Translations under genes and position numbers: made by a program
Shown: positions 17,813 through 26,647 of the stretch, piece after piece
Layout: each line of letters begins with the position of its first letter
How positions within the stretch are numbered: the stretch's first letter is position 1
The notes under the pieces: model-generated
Database searches by the model: none
The model's input: only the letters and a program-made list of their open reading frames with translations
What the model was told of the DNA's origin: nothing
Assembly: GCA_019428815.1 (NCBI GenBank)
Contig: JAHYJW010000002.1
Coordinates: 81,186-145,185, forward strand
Length of the DNA stretch: 64,000 bases
Reading direction: 5' to 3'
Source of the DNA: Patescibacteria group bacterium
Lineage (GTDB): Archaea > Nanobdellota > Nanobdellia > Pacearchaeales > GW2011-AR1

Positions 17813-19675
17813 CTAATTGGAACCAGATTTAGAACTAGATTTAGTATCAGGCTTAGGTTTATCCTTATTTTTCCTTCTTGCTATTCTTATTGCAACAAAC
17901 ACTATTATCAAAATAAGTAAGATGTTCAAAAGTCCAAGACCCCATAGATATGCATCTTCTCCAGAGATTACAAATCCAGTAGTTCCTGAAAAATCAAAGA
18001 GGCCTTTTCTTTTTTCAATATTGAAGGATATATACTCTGTACCGATAAAACTTCCATCAGAGAATACATTAACATTAAATCCTTTTTCGCCAGAAACATC
18101 TTTGTTTACATTCAACTTAATGAAAACTTCTTTCATTTCCCCACCCTCAAGGAATACTAATTCTGGAAGTTCGCTAATTCCTGCCCAAGTTTCATAACCA
18201 GAAACTCCAACATTAAAAGACCTAGAGTTATCTGCTTTATTACTCAAAAGGACTTTTATTACAACCTCTTCTCCAGCTTTAGCTTCAGAAACTAAACTTG
18301 GGAAAATTTCAATATTTGGGCGTATAATACAATTTCCTTCTACTTTTAAAAGTGCTTCAAAAGTTTTATCTGAAGAAAGATCATACCTATCGTTATCTTC
18401 ATCATAATCATAATATGTTTTCATAGAAAGGGTGTATTGTTTTTCAGTTGCATTTCTTGGGATATTGAATGCAAAAGATACACTTTCTTTATCCCCTTCA
18501 TAAAGTCCTCGAGGGATAACTTCTTCTTCAAAAATCCCTAACTCTGAATTATAAAGAACTACTTTAACTTGTTCTTCAAAATCAATATCACCAATGTTAT
18601 AGATATCTGCAGTTAAAGAAACATAATCCCCGCATCTAACTTCAATTAAATTGGGATAACTGTCGTCATCAACGATAATCATATTATCTTCATCAGATTC
18701 TTTATCAAGTATTAATTCTGCGAAATATCCCTTGTAATCTCCTTTGAATGAAGAGGTAAAGGAATTTCCTCCAAAGCCTTTTGAGGTAGAATCTGTTGAA
18801 AAATCAACACAAAATTCATCTTCTCCTCCATCAGGGTAAGCTTTAACAACCAGGATATAATCCCCAAAATCCATAGCTGATGGATCAATTCTGAATTTAA
18901 AGATGTGAGTTTTTCTTTCTCCGCCCCTAACTCTACCTAAGTTTACTTCTTCTTCATCATTACTTAACCAAATCATTTCACTGATTATGTTAGTGGTAGA
19001 ACCCTTTTTGAATAACCCCAATTCAAGGATTACTTTGTCTAGCCTATTTTCGATTGTGTCTTCACGATCATTTTTAAATTCAACTTCTACTTCAAGAGTA
19101 TCCAAAGGTTTCCATTCATTATTATCCCCCCTCCCAAGATTAGTTATCCTTGCTCTAGTTATTTCTAAATCTCTATTATCATCTAAAGTTCCATATTTAC
19201 AAAAAGAATTTAAAAAATCAAGATTTAATTCTTTTGTTTCATTAATATTAATTATTGAATCTTCTGATTCTTCTTCAATTGTTTCATTAAAAGCAGTTAT
19301 AGATTTTTTTTGGGTAAAAACCCCTAGAGGTAATGAACTAGGAAGAGAATCTAAGTTTATATTTGCAGATATTTCTTTTACTTGTTCAGGGTTTAAATTA
19401 AAATCTGAATTTTGATTAAATGTTACTTCTAAATTTGAAGTTCCGATAGGGATTAAGATTAAAGAATCTCCAAAGGTAACATTCATAGAGTAATCCTGGT
19501 TTAGGTTCTTAATTGTAAATGTCTGGGTAGATTCGGTTTTAGAGAAAGTTAATGTTTCTGGAGAAAGAGACATATAGTTCGTAGTGGTCCCACTAGATAT
19601 AGAAAAAACCAACAATGTCATCAATGCTAAGAATAAATAACCGAAGATAAATTTATTTTTCGTTTTCTTTTCCAT
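17813..19675 (-). CDS. Secreted CARDB/COG1361-like surface protein with C-terminal TM anchor and basic tail (candidate sortase substrate)
   Basis: Signal peptide MEKKTKNKFIFGYLFLALMTLLVFSISSG. Repeated beta-sandwich-like segments (GDYVSLTADIYNIGDIDFEE..., AGEEVVIKVLLSNKADNSRSF...). C-terminus LWGLGLLNILLILIIVFVAIRIARRKNK... Confidence 0.6.
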   Translation of the reverse strand: MEKKTKNKFIFGYLFLALMTLLVFSISSGTTTNYMSLSPETLTFSKTESTQTFTIKNLNQDYSMNVTFGDSLILIPIGTSNLEVTFNQNSDFNLNPEQVKEISANINLDSLPSSLPLGVFTQKKSITAFNETIEEESEDSIININETKELNLDFLNSFCKYGTLDDNRDLEITRARITNLGRGDNNEWKPLDTLEVEVEFKNDREDTIENRLDKVILELGLFKKGSTTNIISEMIWLSNDEEEVNLGRVRGGERKTHIFKFRIDPSAMDFGDYILVVKAYPDGGEDEFCVDFSTDSTSKGFGGNSFTSSFKGDYKGYFAELILDKESDEDNMIIVDDDSYPNLIEVRCGDYVSLTADIYNIGDIDFEEQVKVVLYNSELGIFEEEVIPRGLYEGDKESVSFAFNIPRNATEKQYTLSMKTYYDYDEDNDRYDLSSDKTFEALLKVEGNCIIRPNIEIFPSLVSEAKAGEEVVIKVLLSNKADNSRSFNVGVSGYETWAGISELPELVFLEGGEMKEVFIKLNVNKDVSGEKGFNVNVFSDGSFIGTEYISFNIEKRKGLFDFSGTTGFVISGEDAYLWGLGLLNILLILIIVFVAIRIARRKNKDKPKPDTKSSSKSGSN

Positions 19676-19877
19676 TTTCTATTGTCATTTCAAAGTGAGG
19701 ATTAATTTATAAAGATTTGTGTCTCTTAAAATATATGTTTAGGGTAACCTTCTGAGAGGCTCCCTATTTTTAGTAATGCCTAGTAATAAAAATCAGGATT
19801 TACTTATCTTTTAAAACTTTAAAAGAGAAAATTTATATAAGTAGAAAACTTCTTTTCAATAGAGATTCAAAAGAAAA

Positions 19878-20264
19878 ATGGCAATAAAATCCAAAGAAAA
19901 TTCTGTAGGAGCATGGGCATTTCTTATAGGAGTCGTTTTAGCAACACTTGTCGGATTATCTAGCACAATTTTCTCTATACCTTATGTAGTTACATATAGT
20001 GCTCAAATCTATGGAATTTTAGTGATCTTAGGTTTAGTTATTGGATTTGTAAACATTCCCGGAAAAGATTCTCAAACTTTCTTAATGGCCGGAACAGCAC
20101 TAGTTGTTGTAAGTAGGTTTGGTATGGATGGTGTAAGAGGTTCGATAATTGGAGTGGGAGTTGGTGATGCTGTTGCGGCCATTTTTGGAGCTTTTTTAGC
20201 GTTATTTGTTCCTGCAACAATTGTGGTCGCTCTAAAATCTGTTTTTTCAATTTCTAAGATATAA
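19878..20264 (+). CDS. Small polytopic membrane protein, unknown function
   Basis: 128 aa with about 4 hydrophobic helices, Gly/Val/Ala-rich. Confidence 0.55.
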   Translation: MAIKSKENSVGAWAFLIGVVLATLVGLSSTIFSIPYVVTYSAQIYGILVILGLVIGFVNIPGKDSQTFLMAGTALVVVSRFGMDGVRGSIIGVGVGDAVAAIFGAFLALFVPATIVVALKSVFSISKI

Positions 20265-20410
20265 GCCAGAAAAAACAATTCAAGACTATCTAGTAAAAGT
20301 AAATACCTTAAAACTCTAAAAAGATGTTTAAAACTCTACAAACAGGTAATATGTGATATATAAGCCTCAAGATATCGCATAATATGCCCAACCCTTTAAC
20401 TGTAGAATTT

Positions 20411-20442
20411 CTTTATAATCTAAAATCTTTATAATCTAAAAG
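20411..20442. repeat. Tandem 16-nt duplication CTTTATAATCTAAAA(T/G)
   Basis: Two adjacent copies, 20411..20426 and 20427..20442, in the 300-nt spacer. Confidence 0.8.
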
Positions 20443-20542
20443 TAGTCTAATATAAAATCGGTTTGGGGAATAATTAAGGGATAATTAATAATTACTTCAT
20501 AAATATTAAAAATCACTTCAGGAGTATAAAAGAAACTAATTA

Positions 20543-20574
20543 AGAGTTAATAATCAAAAGAGTTAATAATCAAA
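20543..20574. repeat. Tandem 16-nt duplication AGAGTTAATAATCAAA spanning the sepF stop codon
   Basis: Two perfect copies, 20543..20558 and 20559..20574. The second copy contains the sepF stop (20563..20565, minus strand). Confidence 0.8.
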
Positions 20575-20955
20575 TTTTTTCTTTTCTTCTTTTGGTTGTG
20601 GTTCTTCTTTGTGGATTTTGGCAAAAGAAGGGGTTGCAATAACAATGTTTTCTCCGAATCCGGCTATGTTTCCTTCTAAAGCATCAATTGTTTTCTTTAT
20701 TTTAGAAATAGCTCTTTTCAACTCAATCGAATCTTTTTGTCTTAATGTTTTAATTTCAATAACTGCAATAGTATATCCCTCTCTTAATGAGTTAAGGATA
20801 GGGTTAACATCATCGTAATCTTTTAATACAAATAATTTTACAAAAACTTTATTTTCTTTCTCTTTTTGACTTAAATCAATTTCTATATAATCTTCGTCAA
20901 AATCACCTGAAGATTTTTTTTCGGATATAAATTTCCTTATTTTTTTGAAAACCAT
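20563..20955 (-). CDS. sepF: Cell division protein SepF (archaeal FtsZ anchor)
   Basis: 130 aa. Core VFVKLFVLKDYDDVNPILNSLREGYTIAVIEIKTL...IAGFGENIVIATP matches the SepF/DUF552 fold pattern. ftsZ lies nearby. Confidence 0.7.
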   Translation of the reverse strand: MVFKKIRKFISEKKSSGDFDEDYIEIDLSQKEKENKVFVKLFVLKDYDDVNPILNSLREGYTIAVIEIKTLRQKDSIELKRAISKIKKTIDALEGNIAGFGENIVIATPSFAKIHKEEPQPKEEKKKFDY

Positions 20956-21198
20956 AACATTTTCAGCTTACAAATATTTATAAAGATTTCGTAAGTTTTG
21001 AGTATACAAAAAGGCAGTTATTTGTGATTTTTTATAGAAGGAGTTAAATGAAAAAAAGTTAAATTTTTGTTTTAGTTACCCCTTTATTTCTGTCTTTTTA
21101 TGTTTCAGATTTAATTTTTAATCTTTATATTTTAAAGATTTAATTTTTAAAAAAGATGTTCAATTATCGGCGAATAAAAGAGGGCTTCAGATGAATAT

Positions 21199-21519
21199 TT
21201 ATTCAAATAATTCTTTTTTAAGTTCTTCAAATCTCTCTTGTAAAGAATTCTCTTGGTTCTCTATTGATTTAACTCTCAATTCTAATATTTTCTCTTTATT
21301 TATTAACTCATCTTTGATTTTAGTTTTATCTGATTTGATCATTAATTGCCCAATTATTTTGAATACCTCTTCTGATTTTTCAATTTCCATTTTAGCAGAT
21401 TTAGTTTCTGAAAGTTCAAGTTGAAATGCTTGTTTTTGAAGAAGTAAATTTTGAAGATTTTGTTCAATAATTTGTATTTCTTGAATTTTTTTCTGTTTAT
21501 CTTTTTTATCCATGGTCAT
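21199..21519 (-). CDS. pfdB: Prefoldin beta subunit
   Basis: 106 aa with coiled-coil / beta-hairpin / coiled-coil layout (QKQAFQLELSETKSAKMEI...VFKIIGQLMIKSDK...). Follows L37ae-rpoP as in many archaea. Confidence 0.75.
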   Translation of the reverse strand: MTMDKKDKQKKIQEIQIIEQNLQNLLLQKQAFQLELSETKSAKMEIEKSEEVFKIIGQLMIKSDKTKIKDELINKEKILELRVKSIENQENSLQERFEELKKELFE

Positions 21520-21634
21520 TTTTAAATTATTATTTCTCTGGGGTAATTCTATATCTCTTAAGTTTCTTAAAGGGAAAAATAATCTTTGAGTAATTAATCT
21601 GAGTAATCAAACCAAAGACAAAACAACAGAGTAT

Positions 21635-21772
21635 TTATTCTGTTTTTATTTTCTTAACTCGTGTTCTAGGTTTATAAAAAATTTTACAACCACAATGGGG
21701 ACACATAAATCTTTTATCTAGTTTATTACTCTGAATTTTCTTTTCGCACTTAAAACATTTATAGGTAGGCAT
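21635..21772 (-). CDS. rpoP: DNA-directed RNA polymerase subunit P (Rpo12)
   Basis: Short ORF not in the supplied track: MPTYKCFKCEKKIQSNKLDKRFMCPHCGCKIFYKPRTRVKKIKTE. It has a CxxC...CxxC zinc ribbon, is 45 aa, and sits beside L37ae. Confidence 0.75.
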   Translation of the reverse strand: MPTYKCFKCEKKIQSNKLDKRFMCPHCGCKIFYKPRTRVKKIKTE

Positions 21773-21801
21773 TTTTATTCAGTTAAATTTATTTAGTTAT
21801 T

Positions 21802-22029
21802 TTAAGGTTCTAAGTAGTAAGTATCTGAAGCAAATTTTTTATTACATTTCTTTCTACTACATTGCCAAATTCCTTTGGACAATCTTTTAGCTCCCAACTT
21901 ACCACAAAAAGGGCATTTTTGTTTTACTCTTTGTTTATCTTCTACTCCAACGAGTTTATCTCTAACTCTTTTTCCATACCTTGCTCCAAAACGACCTGCG
22001 GCTTTTGTTTTTTTAAGTTTTGATGCCAT
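21802..22029 (-). CDS. rpl37ae: 50S ribosomal protein L37Ae (eL43)
   Basis: MASKLKKTKAAGRFGARYGKRVR...CPFCGK...WQCSRKKCNKKF zinc ribbon. Confidence 0.9.
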   Translation of the reverse strand: MASKLKKTKAAGRFGARYGKRVRDKLVGVEDKQRVKQKCPFCGKLGAKRLSKGIWQCSRKKCNKKFASDTYYLEP

Positions 22030-22141
22030 CTTATCTTTACCCTGTTAATAAGTGAAAATAGTGGTTTTTAAATTATTTGTATTGGCTTTTTTCTGATATT
22101 CAGACAAATTCTCTTAAAATAATCCTAAAGTCTGAGATAAA

Positions 22142-22215
22142 TGGGGTCGCTGGGATTTGAACCCAGATCTCCAGGTCCCAAACCTGGAATACTAGCCAGG
22201 TTATACTACGACCCC
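22142..22215 (-). tRNA. tRNA-Pro (anticodon UGG)
   Basis: Hand-folded cloverleaf. Acceptor GGGGTCG/CGACCCC, anticodon arm CCAGG-TTTGGGA-CCTGG, T arm CTGGG-TTCAAAT-CCCAG, discriminator A. No encoded CCA. Confidence 0.85.
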
Positions 22216-22308
22216 TTTAAAAATTTAGTAGTTAATGGTTTTTAACCTTTTCTAAGAATGTTATCAAAAAATCTATTTTTTAATAATCTCAAAAAGTTTT
22301 TAAAAAAA

Positions 22309-22941
22309 TTATTTAGGTTTTTCAGGAGCTTTAACGCCTTTTTGTTTTTTCTCTTCTGCTTCTTTCTCTGCATCTTTTTCAATCTTTAACTTTTTATCTT
22401 GTTCTACCTTTAAATCATTAAAAAAGGAATCGAGAATCTTCTTTTTTTCTTCAGGGGTTTCTATCTTCTCTTGAGAAATTTCAGAGTCATATAATCCTTC
22501 TTCAACTTCAGATATTACCTCTACTGGACTTTTGCTTTCAACGAGGATGCCTAAACTTAAACAACTCCCCAGAGTAATCTTAACTGCTGCTTTAAGATCT
22601 TTGCATAAAAGATTGGGGAATTTAGTCTTAGCAACAGAAATGATTTGCTCTATTGAAGCGTTAGCACATTTAAACTTTTTTTGACTTCCAGAACCTTTAT
22701 CTACACCTAACTCCTTTTTTAATAGTTCTGAAATTGGGGGGGAAAAAACTTCTACGCTAAATTCTTTTGTTGACGGGTTTACATCTAAAACTACTGGAAC
22801 TTTCATTCCTTGAAAAGATTTTGTTGCTTCGTTAACTTTTTTAATAACCTCGTTTAAGGGGATTCCTGCTGGACCAAGCTTTTGACTAAGTGCCGGACCG
22901 GGTTTCATTTCTCCGCCTTCAGCGAGTATTTTTATTTGCAT
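22309..22941 (-). CDS. rpl11: 50S ribosomal protein L11 (uL11) with about 60-aa Lys/Glu-rich C-terminal extension
   Basis: GGEMKPGPALSQKLGPAGIPLNEVIKKVNEAT. Lies in the secE-spt5-L11 synteny. Confidence 0.9.
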   Translation of the reverse strand: MQIKILAEGGEMKPGPALSQKLGPAGIPLNEVIKKVNEATKSFQGMKVPVVLDVNPSTKEFSVEVFSPPISELLKKELGVDKGSGSQKKFKCANASIEQIISVAKTKFPNLLCKDLKAAVKITLGSCLSLGILVESKSPVEVISEVEEGLYDSEISQEKIETPEEKKKILDSFFNDLKVEQDKKLKIEKDAEKEAEEKKQKGVKAPEKPK

Positions 22942-23003
22942 TTTATTTTTTCTATTAAATTGATATTTTTTTATATTTACTTAAATTGAGCATTAAACTA
23001 ACT

Positions 23004-23462
23004 TTAATTATTTTCGTTGTTTTCTTCTTCTCTTCTTATTGCTCTGACATTATCTATTTTTATAGTTACCGGCAATTGAACTGCTGCTCCTAATAAAACA
23101 ACAACAACTTCTTCTTTTTGTTTATCAACCCTTAAAACTCTTGCTTTTTCTCCTTTGAGTGTTGCCCCGATTATTTCAACAATATCTCCTTCTTTTATAG
23201 AAATTTCAACTGCAGAAGGTTCAACCATATTTTTTATTTCTTCGTATCCAATCGTTTTACCGATAATACCCTTAACATAAGGTAAATTAAACACTGCTTC
23301 TTCTGCACTTTCTCTATCCTCAGCTTCGAGAAGAATATAACCTCTTAAACCGTGTGCCCTCAAAATAGAGAATACATTAAGCTGTTTTTTTTCTACTCTT
23401 TCAGAAATCATATCCACAGCTTTTTCTTCTTTATTTGTTGTAACTTTTATTATAAAAATCAT
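23004..23462 (-). CDS. spt5: Transcription elongation factor Spt5 (NusG)
   Basis: NGN domain followed by a KOW motif (GDIVEIIGATLKGEKARVLRVD). Lies between secE and L11. Confidence 0.85.
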   Translation of the reverse strand: MIFIIKVTTNKEEKAVDMISERVEKKQLNVFSILRAHGLRGYILLEAEDRESAEEAVFNLPYVKGIIGKTIGYEEIKNMVEPSAVEISIKEGDIVEIIGATLKGEKARVLRVDKQKEEVVVVLLGAAVQLPVTIKIDNVRAIRREEENNENN

Positions 23463-23649
23463 TTTATCTTAATTTTTTAAGTTTTTTAGCTCCGTCTACC
23501 CCTTAACTCTTTAAGAAGTAGTTAAGTTTATTTAATATTTTGGCTTTATAAAACTTACTGCTCTTATTATTATAATTCAGAGAATCCTTTTAAGGGGGTA
23601 ATAATTAAAACGATTCCTTTAAGTTTTATAGAAATTTTAAGAATAGTAA

Positions 23650-23844
23650 TCAAATGAAAAGCTGTATAATTAGAGAGATTATAAATCCCCCTGCACCAAT
23701 TACCCCTATTCCTATTGCAGAGATTTTTGCTACCATTTCAAATTCTTTTTTAGAAGGTTTTTTTAAAACAAGCCAAACCCTTTTTGATTTTGCAACAAAT
23801 GATTTCAAATCTTTTATTTTTTCTTTGACAATTTTCATAAACAA
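23650..23844 (-). CDS. secE: Protein translocase subunit SecE (Sec61 gamma)
   Basis: 64 aa with a single C-terminal TM segment. Conserved position upstream of spt5. Confidence 0.8.
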   Translation of the reverse strand: MFMKIVKEKIKDLKSFVAKSKRVWLVLKKPSKKEFEMVAKISAIGIGVIGAGGFIISLIIQLFI

Positions 23845-23912
23845 GATAGAGATTATGAGTTTTTAAAATTATTCAATCTTTTTTTAAAAATATTTTTAGA
23901 GCTTTTTTAGAG

Positions 23913-24995
23913 CTACTCAAAGAATTCAATTCCTAATTCTTCTTCAATTTCTCGATGCTTTACGCTTTCCATAGTCTCCCCATGACCTAGAATCTGAGAA
24001 CTATTCACTCCTGTTGCAATTAAAAGAACACGAATGGATTTATCCATATCTGCAGAGATTTGAGCCCCCCATATAAGTTTTGCATCTGGGCTTAGCTTTT
24101 CTCCTACTGTTTCAATTATAGACTTACACTCATCAAGACTCATGTCTGGACCTCCAATTACATTAACTAAGGCCCCTGTAGCATTTGAGATATCAACATC
24201 TAATAAGGGATTGTTAATTGCTTTTTCAACTGCTTCCATTGCTCTATTTGTACTATCAGCTTCTCCCATCCCTATCAAAGAAACTCCCCCATTGGACATT
24301 ACGGATTTTATATCTGCAAAATCTAAGTTAACTAAACCTGAAGTTGTTACAAGTTCAGTTATCCCTTTGACAGCATTTGTAAGAATTTCATCAGCGATTT
24401 TAAAGGCAGTATGTAATGGCAATTCAGGGGCAAGTTCAAGAAGCTTGTCATTTGGGATTACAATTAAAGTATCTGCTGCAGCCTCCATCTTTTCTAAACC
24501 ATTCATAGCATTTTCAATTCTCTTTTTACCTTCTATTGTAAAAGGTAATGTGACAACCCCAATTGTTAATGCACCTAATTTTTTAGCTATAGAAGTTATT
24601 ACTGGAGCTCCTCCTGTTCCAGTTCCCCCCCCTAAACCACAAGTAATGAATATCATATCACTGCCGGAAAGTTTTTTCTTTATCTCTGATTCTGACTCCC
24701 TTGCTGATTCTTCACCAATTTTAGGATTACTCCCTGCCCCCAATCCTTGAGTAAGCTCTTTTCCCATAAGGATCTTATAATCTGCATTTGTGTATAAAAG
24801 ATCTTGAGCATCTGTATTAATAGCAATTAATTCTCCACCACGAATCCCTATCTCCCTCATCCTGCTTAAAGAATTATTTCCACCACCACCAACACCTATA
24901 ACTTTTATTTTTGTGCGTTGTTTTTTCAGTAATTCTTCTAATTCCTGATCGATTTCTTTCATCTTCAGAGAATTTGCCCCATAAATTTCGTCCAT
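23913..24995 (-). CDS. ftsZ: Cell division GTPase FtsZ
   Basis: GVGGGGNNSL and the tubulin signature GLGGGTGTGGAPV. Confidence 0.95.
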   Translation of the reverse strand: MDEIYGANSLKMKEIDQELEELLKKQRTKIKVIGVGGGGNNSLSRMREIGIRGGELIAINTDAQDLLYTNADYKILMGKELTQGLGAGSNPKIGEESARESESEIKKKLSGSDMIFITCGLGGGTGTGGAPVITSIAKKLGALTIGVVTLPFTIEGKKRIENAMNGLEKMEAAADTLIVIPNDKLLELAPELPLHTAFKIADEILTNAVKGITELVTTSGLVNLDFADIKSVMSNGGVSLIGMGEADSTNRAMEAVEKAINNPLLDVDISNATGALVNVIGGPDMSLDECKSIIETVGEKLSPDAKLIWGAQISADMDKSIRVLLIATGVNSSQILGHGETMESVKHREIEEELGIEFFE

Positions 24996-25017
24996 AAAAG
25001 AATTAACTTATTTAGAT

Positions 25018-25737
25018 TTATAAGGATTGCTGTGATTTTTTATCATTTTCAGAATTTTCTTTAGAGAGATTTTTAGAAAACTCTTTCGGTTCATTAATAA
25101 TCTCAGTTTCTATTTCTAAATCTAAAGTTTCTTTGAATTTATCGTTGAATAATTTTAAAAATTCTACTAAAGGTTTTTCTACCTTGAAGATTATTTTTTT
25201 ATCTTTTTCTCTTAAATCAAACTCTAATTCTCTTTTGAATAAAAAATCTGTAAGCGCTTTAATTTTCTCTTTTGTATCTTCTACTTTTCTTATGACTTCA
25301 ATCTCATATTGAACATCTTTCCCTGCAAGAAGATGATTAAAATCAACCATAACCCTCCCTCCAGAAACAATGAGGATTTTTCCAATTCTCCCATCAAAGT
25401 TTAAAGTTGTTCCCATGATTGGTTTAATCTTCTGTTCATGGAATAGTCTAATAGGGACCCTTTGTATTAAAGAAGGACTTCTTTTACCAAACGCTTCTTC
25501 TGGTTTTAATTTCACAGAATATTTCTTTCCAATTTCTTTTCCTATAAGAAATTTATCTAAGGATTTAAGAAACATATCTTTACCAACACAAAAAATAAAG
25601 GGTTTAGGATTTATTTTGTTTCCATCAGCGGGGTCTATTTTATCCAGCTCTTCTTTAAGTGTAGAATCAAAAGTTTCTCCATCTTGAGTCTTTCCAGTAA
25701 AATTAACTTCAATAAAATCTTTTTCTTTTATTTCCAT
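25018..25737 (-). CDS. FKBP-type peptidyl-prolyl cis-trans isomerase (SlyD-like with IF insert)
   Basis: VNFTGKTQDGETFDST...VDFNHLLAGKDVQYEIEV pattern, plus a C-terminal charged tail. Confidence 0.75.
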   Translation of the reverse strand: MEIKEKDFIEVNFTGKTQDGETFDSTLKEELDKIDPADGNKINPKPFIFCVGKDMFLKSLDKFLIGKEIGKKYSVKLKPEEAFGKRSPSLIQRVPIRLFHEQKIKPIMGTTLNFDGRIGKILIVSGGRVMVDFNHLLAGKDVQYEIEVIRKVEDTKEKIKALTDFLFKRELEFDLREKDKKIIFKVEKPLVEFLKLFNDKFKETLDLEIETEIINEPKEFSKNLSKENSENDKKSQQSL

Positions 25738-26032
25738 TACAAATTAAAAATTTAAGTTTATTTTATGCTTTCTGTAACATTTCTTGTTAAGCATATCTAA
25801 TGGAAATTAATAATACGTTTTTAAATTTTTGTTTATTCTCCCCTTTCACCCATCCTTTTAGAGCATCTTGTGTTTTAACACATTCAAAAAACAAAGGTTT
25901 AGAGGTTTTTTTCTTTTTTTAGCAAAAAGACACTCTTCTCAGAGTAATGTCTAAAATAAGCTAAAGAATTGTTAAAAAACCACAAGTATGGGTATAGTAA
26001 AACTTTTTAAAGATATTTTTGTTTTTTCCTTT

Positions 26033-26419
26033 ATGGTTTTAAAAATAATAAGTGCGACAGAAGCAAAATCAGGTACAAATATCATAATTGATGGAGAACC
26101 TTATACTGTCAAAAAAAGTGATGTAAGTAAGACTGGAAAACACGGCGCAAGTAAATGTAGGATAGAAGCAATAGGGATAATAAGCGAACAAAAAAAGATT
26201 GTTGCTGTTCCAGGACATGAAAGATTTGAAGTTCCAATGGTCGATAAAAGAAAAGGGCAGGTTCTTTCCGTAGGTGAGAAAATAAGCATTATGGATTTAG
26301 AGAGTTTTGAGACAATTGAAATGGATTGTAGTGAAGATATTAAATCCCAGTTAGAAGTTAACTCTACAGTGGAGTATTGGGACATTGAAGGAAGGAAGGT
26401 AATAAAAAGGAAGGTATAA
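26033..26419 (+). CDS. eif5a: Translation initiation factor 5A (aIF5A)
   Basis: Hypusine-site motif SKTGKHGASK. Start placed at the internal MVLKIISATEAKSG; the ORF is open from 25988. Confidence 0.85.
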   Translation: MVLKIISATEAKSGTNIIIDGEPYTVKKSDVSKTGKHGASKCRIEAIGIISEQKKIVAVPGHERFEVPMVDKRKGQVLSVGEKISIMDLESFETIEMDCSEDIKSQLEVNSTVEYWDIEGRKVIKRKV

Positions 26420-26454
26420 ACTAAAAAAGAATATAATAATAAAAATAGATAAAC

Positions 26455-26616
26455 ATGGCAAAAATTTTAGAAGCTCAAAATAGACTTTTTAAGAATATGT
26501 TTGTTTGTAAGAAATGTCAAACAAAGATGAAGGCTGATCCACAGAAAATACTAAAGGGTAAGGTTAAATGTAGAAAATGTCAAAAAAAGTCTTTTCGCCC
26601 TTTAAAGAAAAAATAA
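26455..26616 (+). CDS. rpl40e: 50S ribosomal protein L40e (eL40)
   Basis: Short ORF not in the supplied track: MAKILEAQNRLFKNMFVCKKCQTKMKADPQKILKGKVKCRKCQKKSFRPLKKK (CxxC...CxxC, 53 aa). Confidence 0.75.
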   Translation: MAKILEAQNRLFKNMFVCKKCQTKMKADPQKILKGKVKCRKCQKKSFRPLKKK

Positions 26617-26647
26617 TGGTATTAATAAAAAGAGGTTTTAAGAAAGT

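Noticed and set aside
24142-24750. 202-aa ORF antisense to ftsZ. Similar antisense ORFs lie in housekeeping genes (17817..18197, 18987..19415, 20609..20818, 25370..25687, 26101..26385, 33481..33735, 43336..43866, 46545..46880, 47160..47528, 60992..61405, and others)
   Set aside because: Each overlaps a confidently identified conserved gene on the other strand. These are shadow ORFs.
25738-26032. Possible small RNA in the FKBP/aIF5A spacer (imperfect hairpin AGACACTCT-TCTC-AGAGTAATGTCT near 25931)
   Set aside because: The hairpin is short and imperfect, there is no elevated GC, and it has no recognisable family features. It is more likely promoter or leader sequence for the divergent genes.
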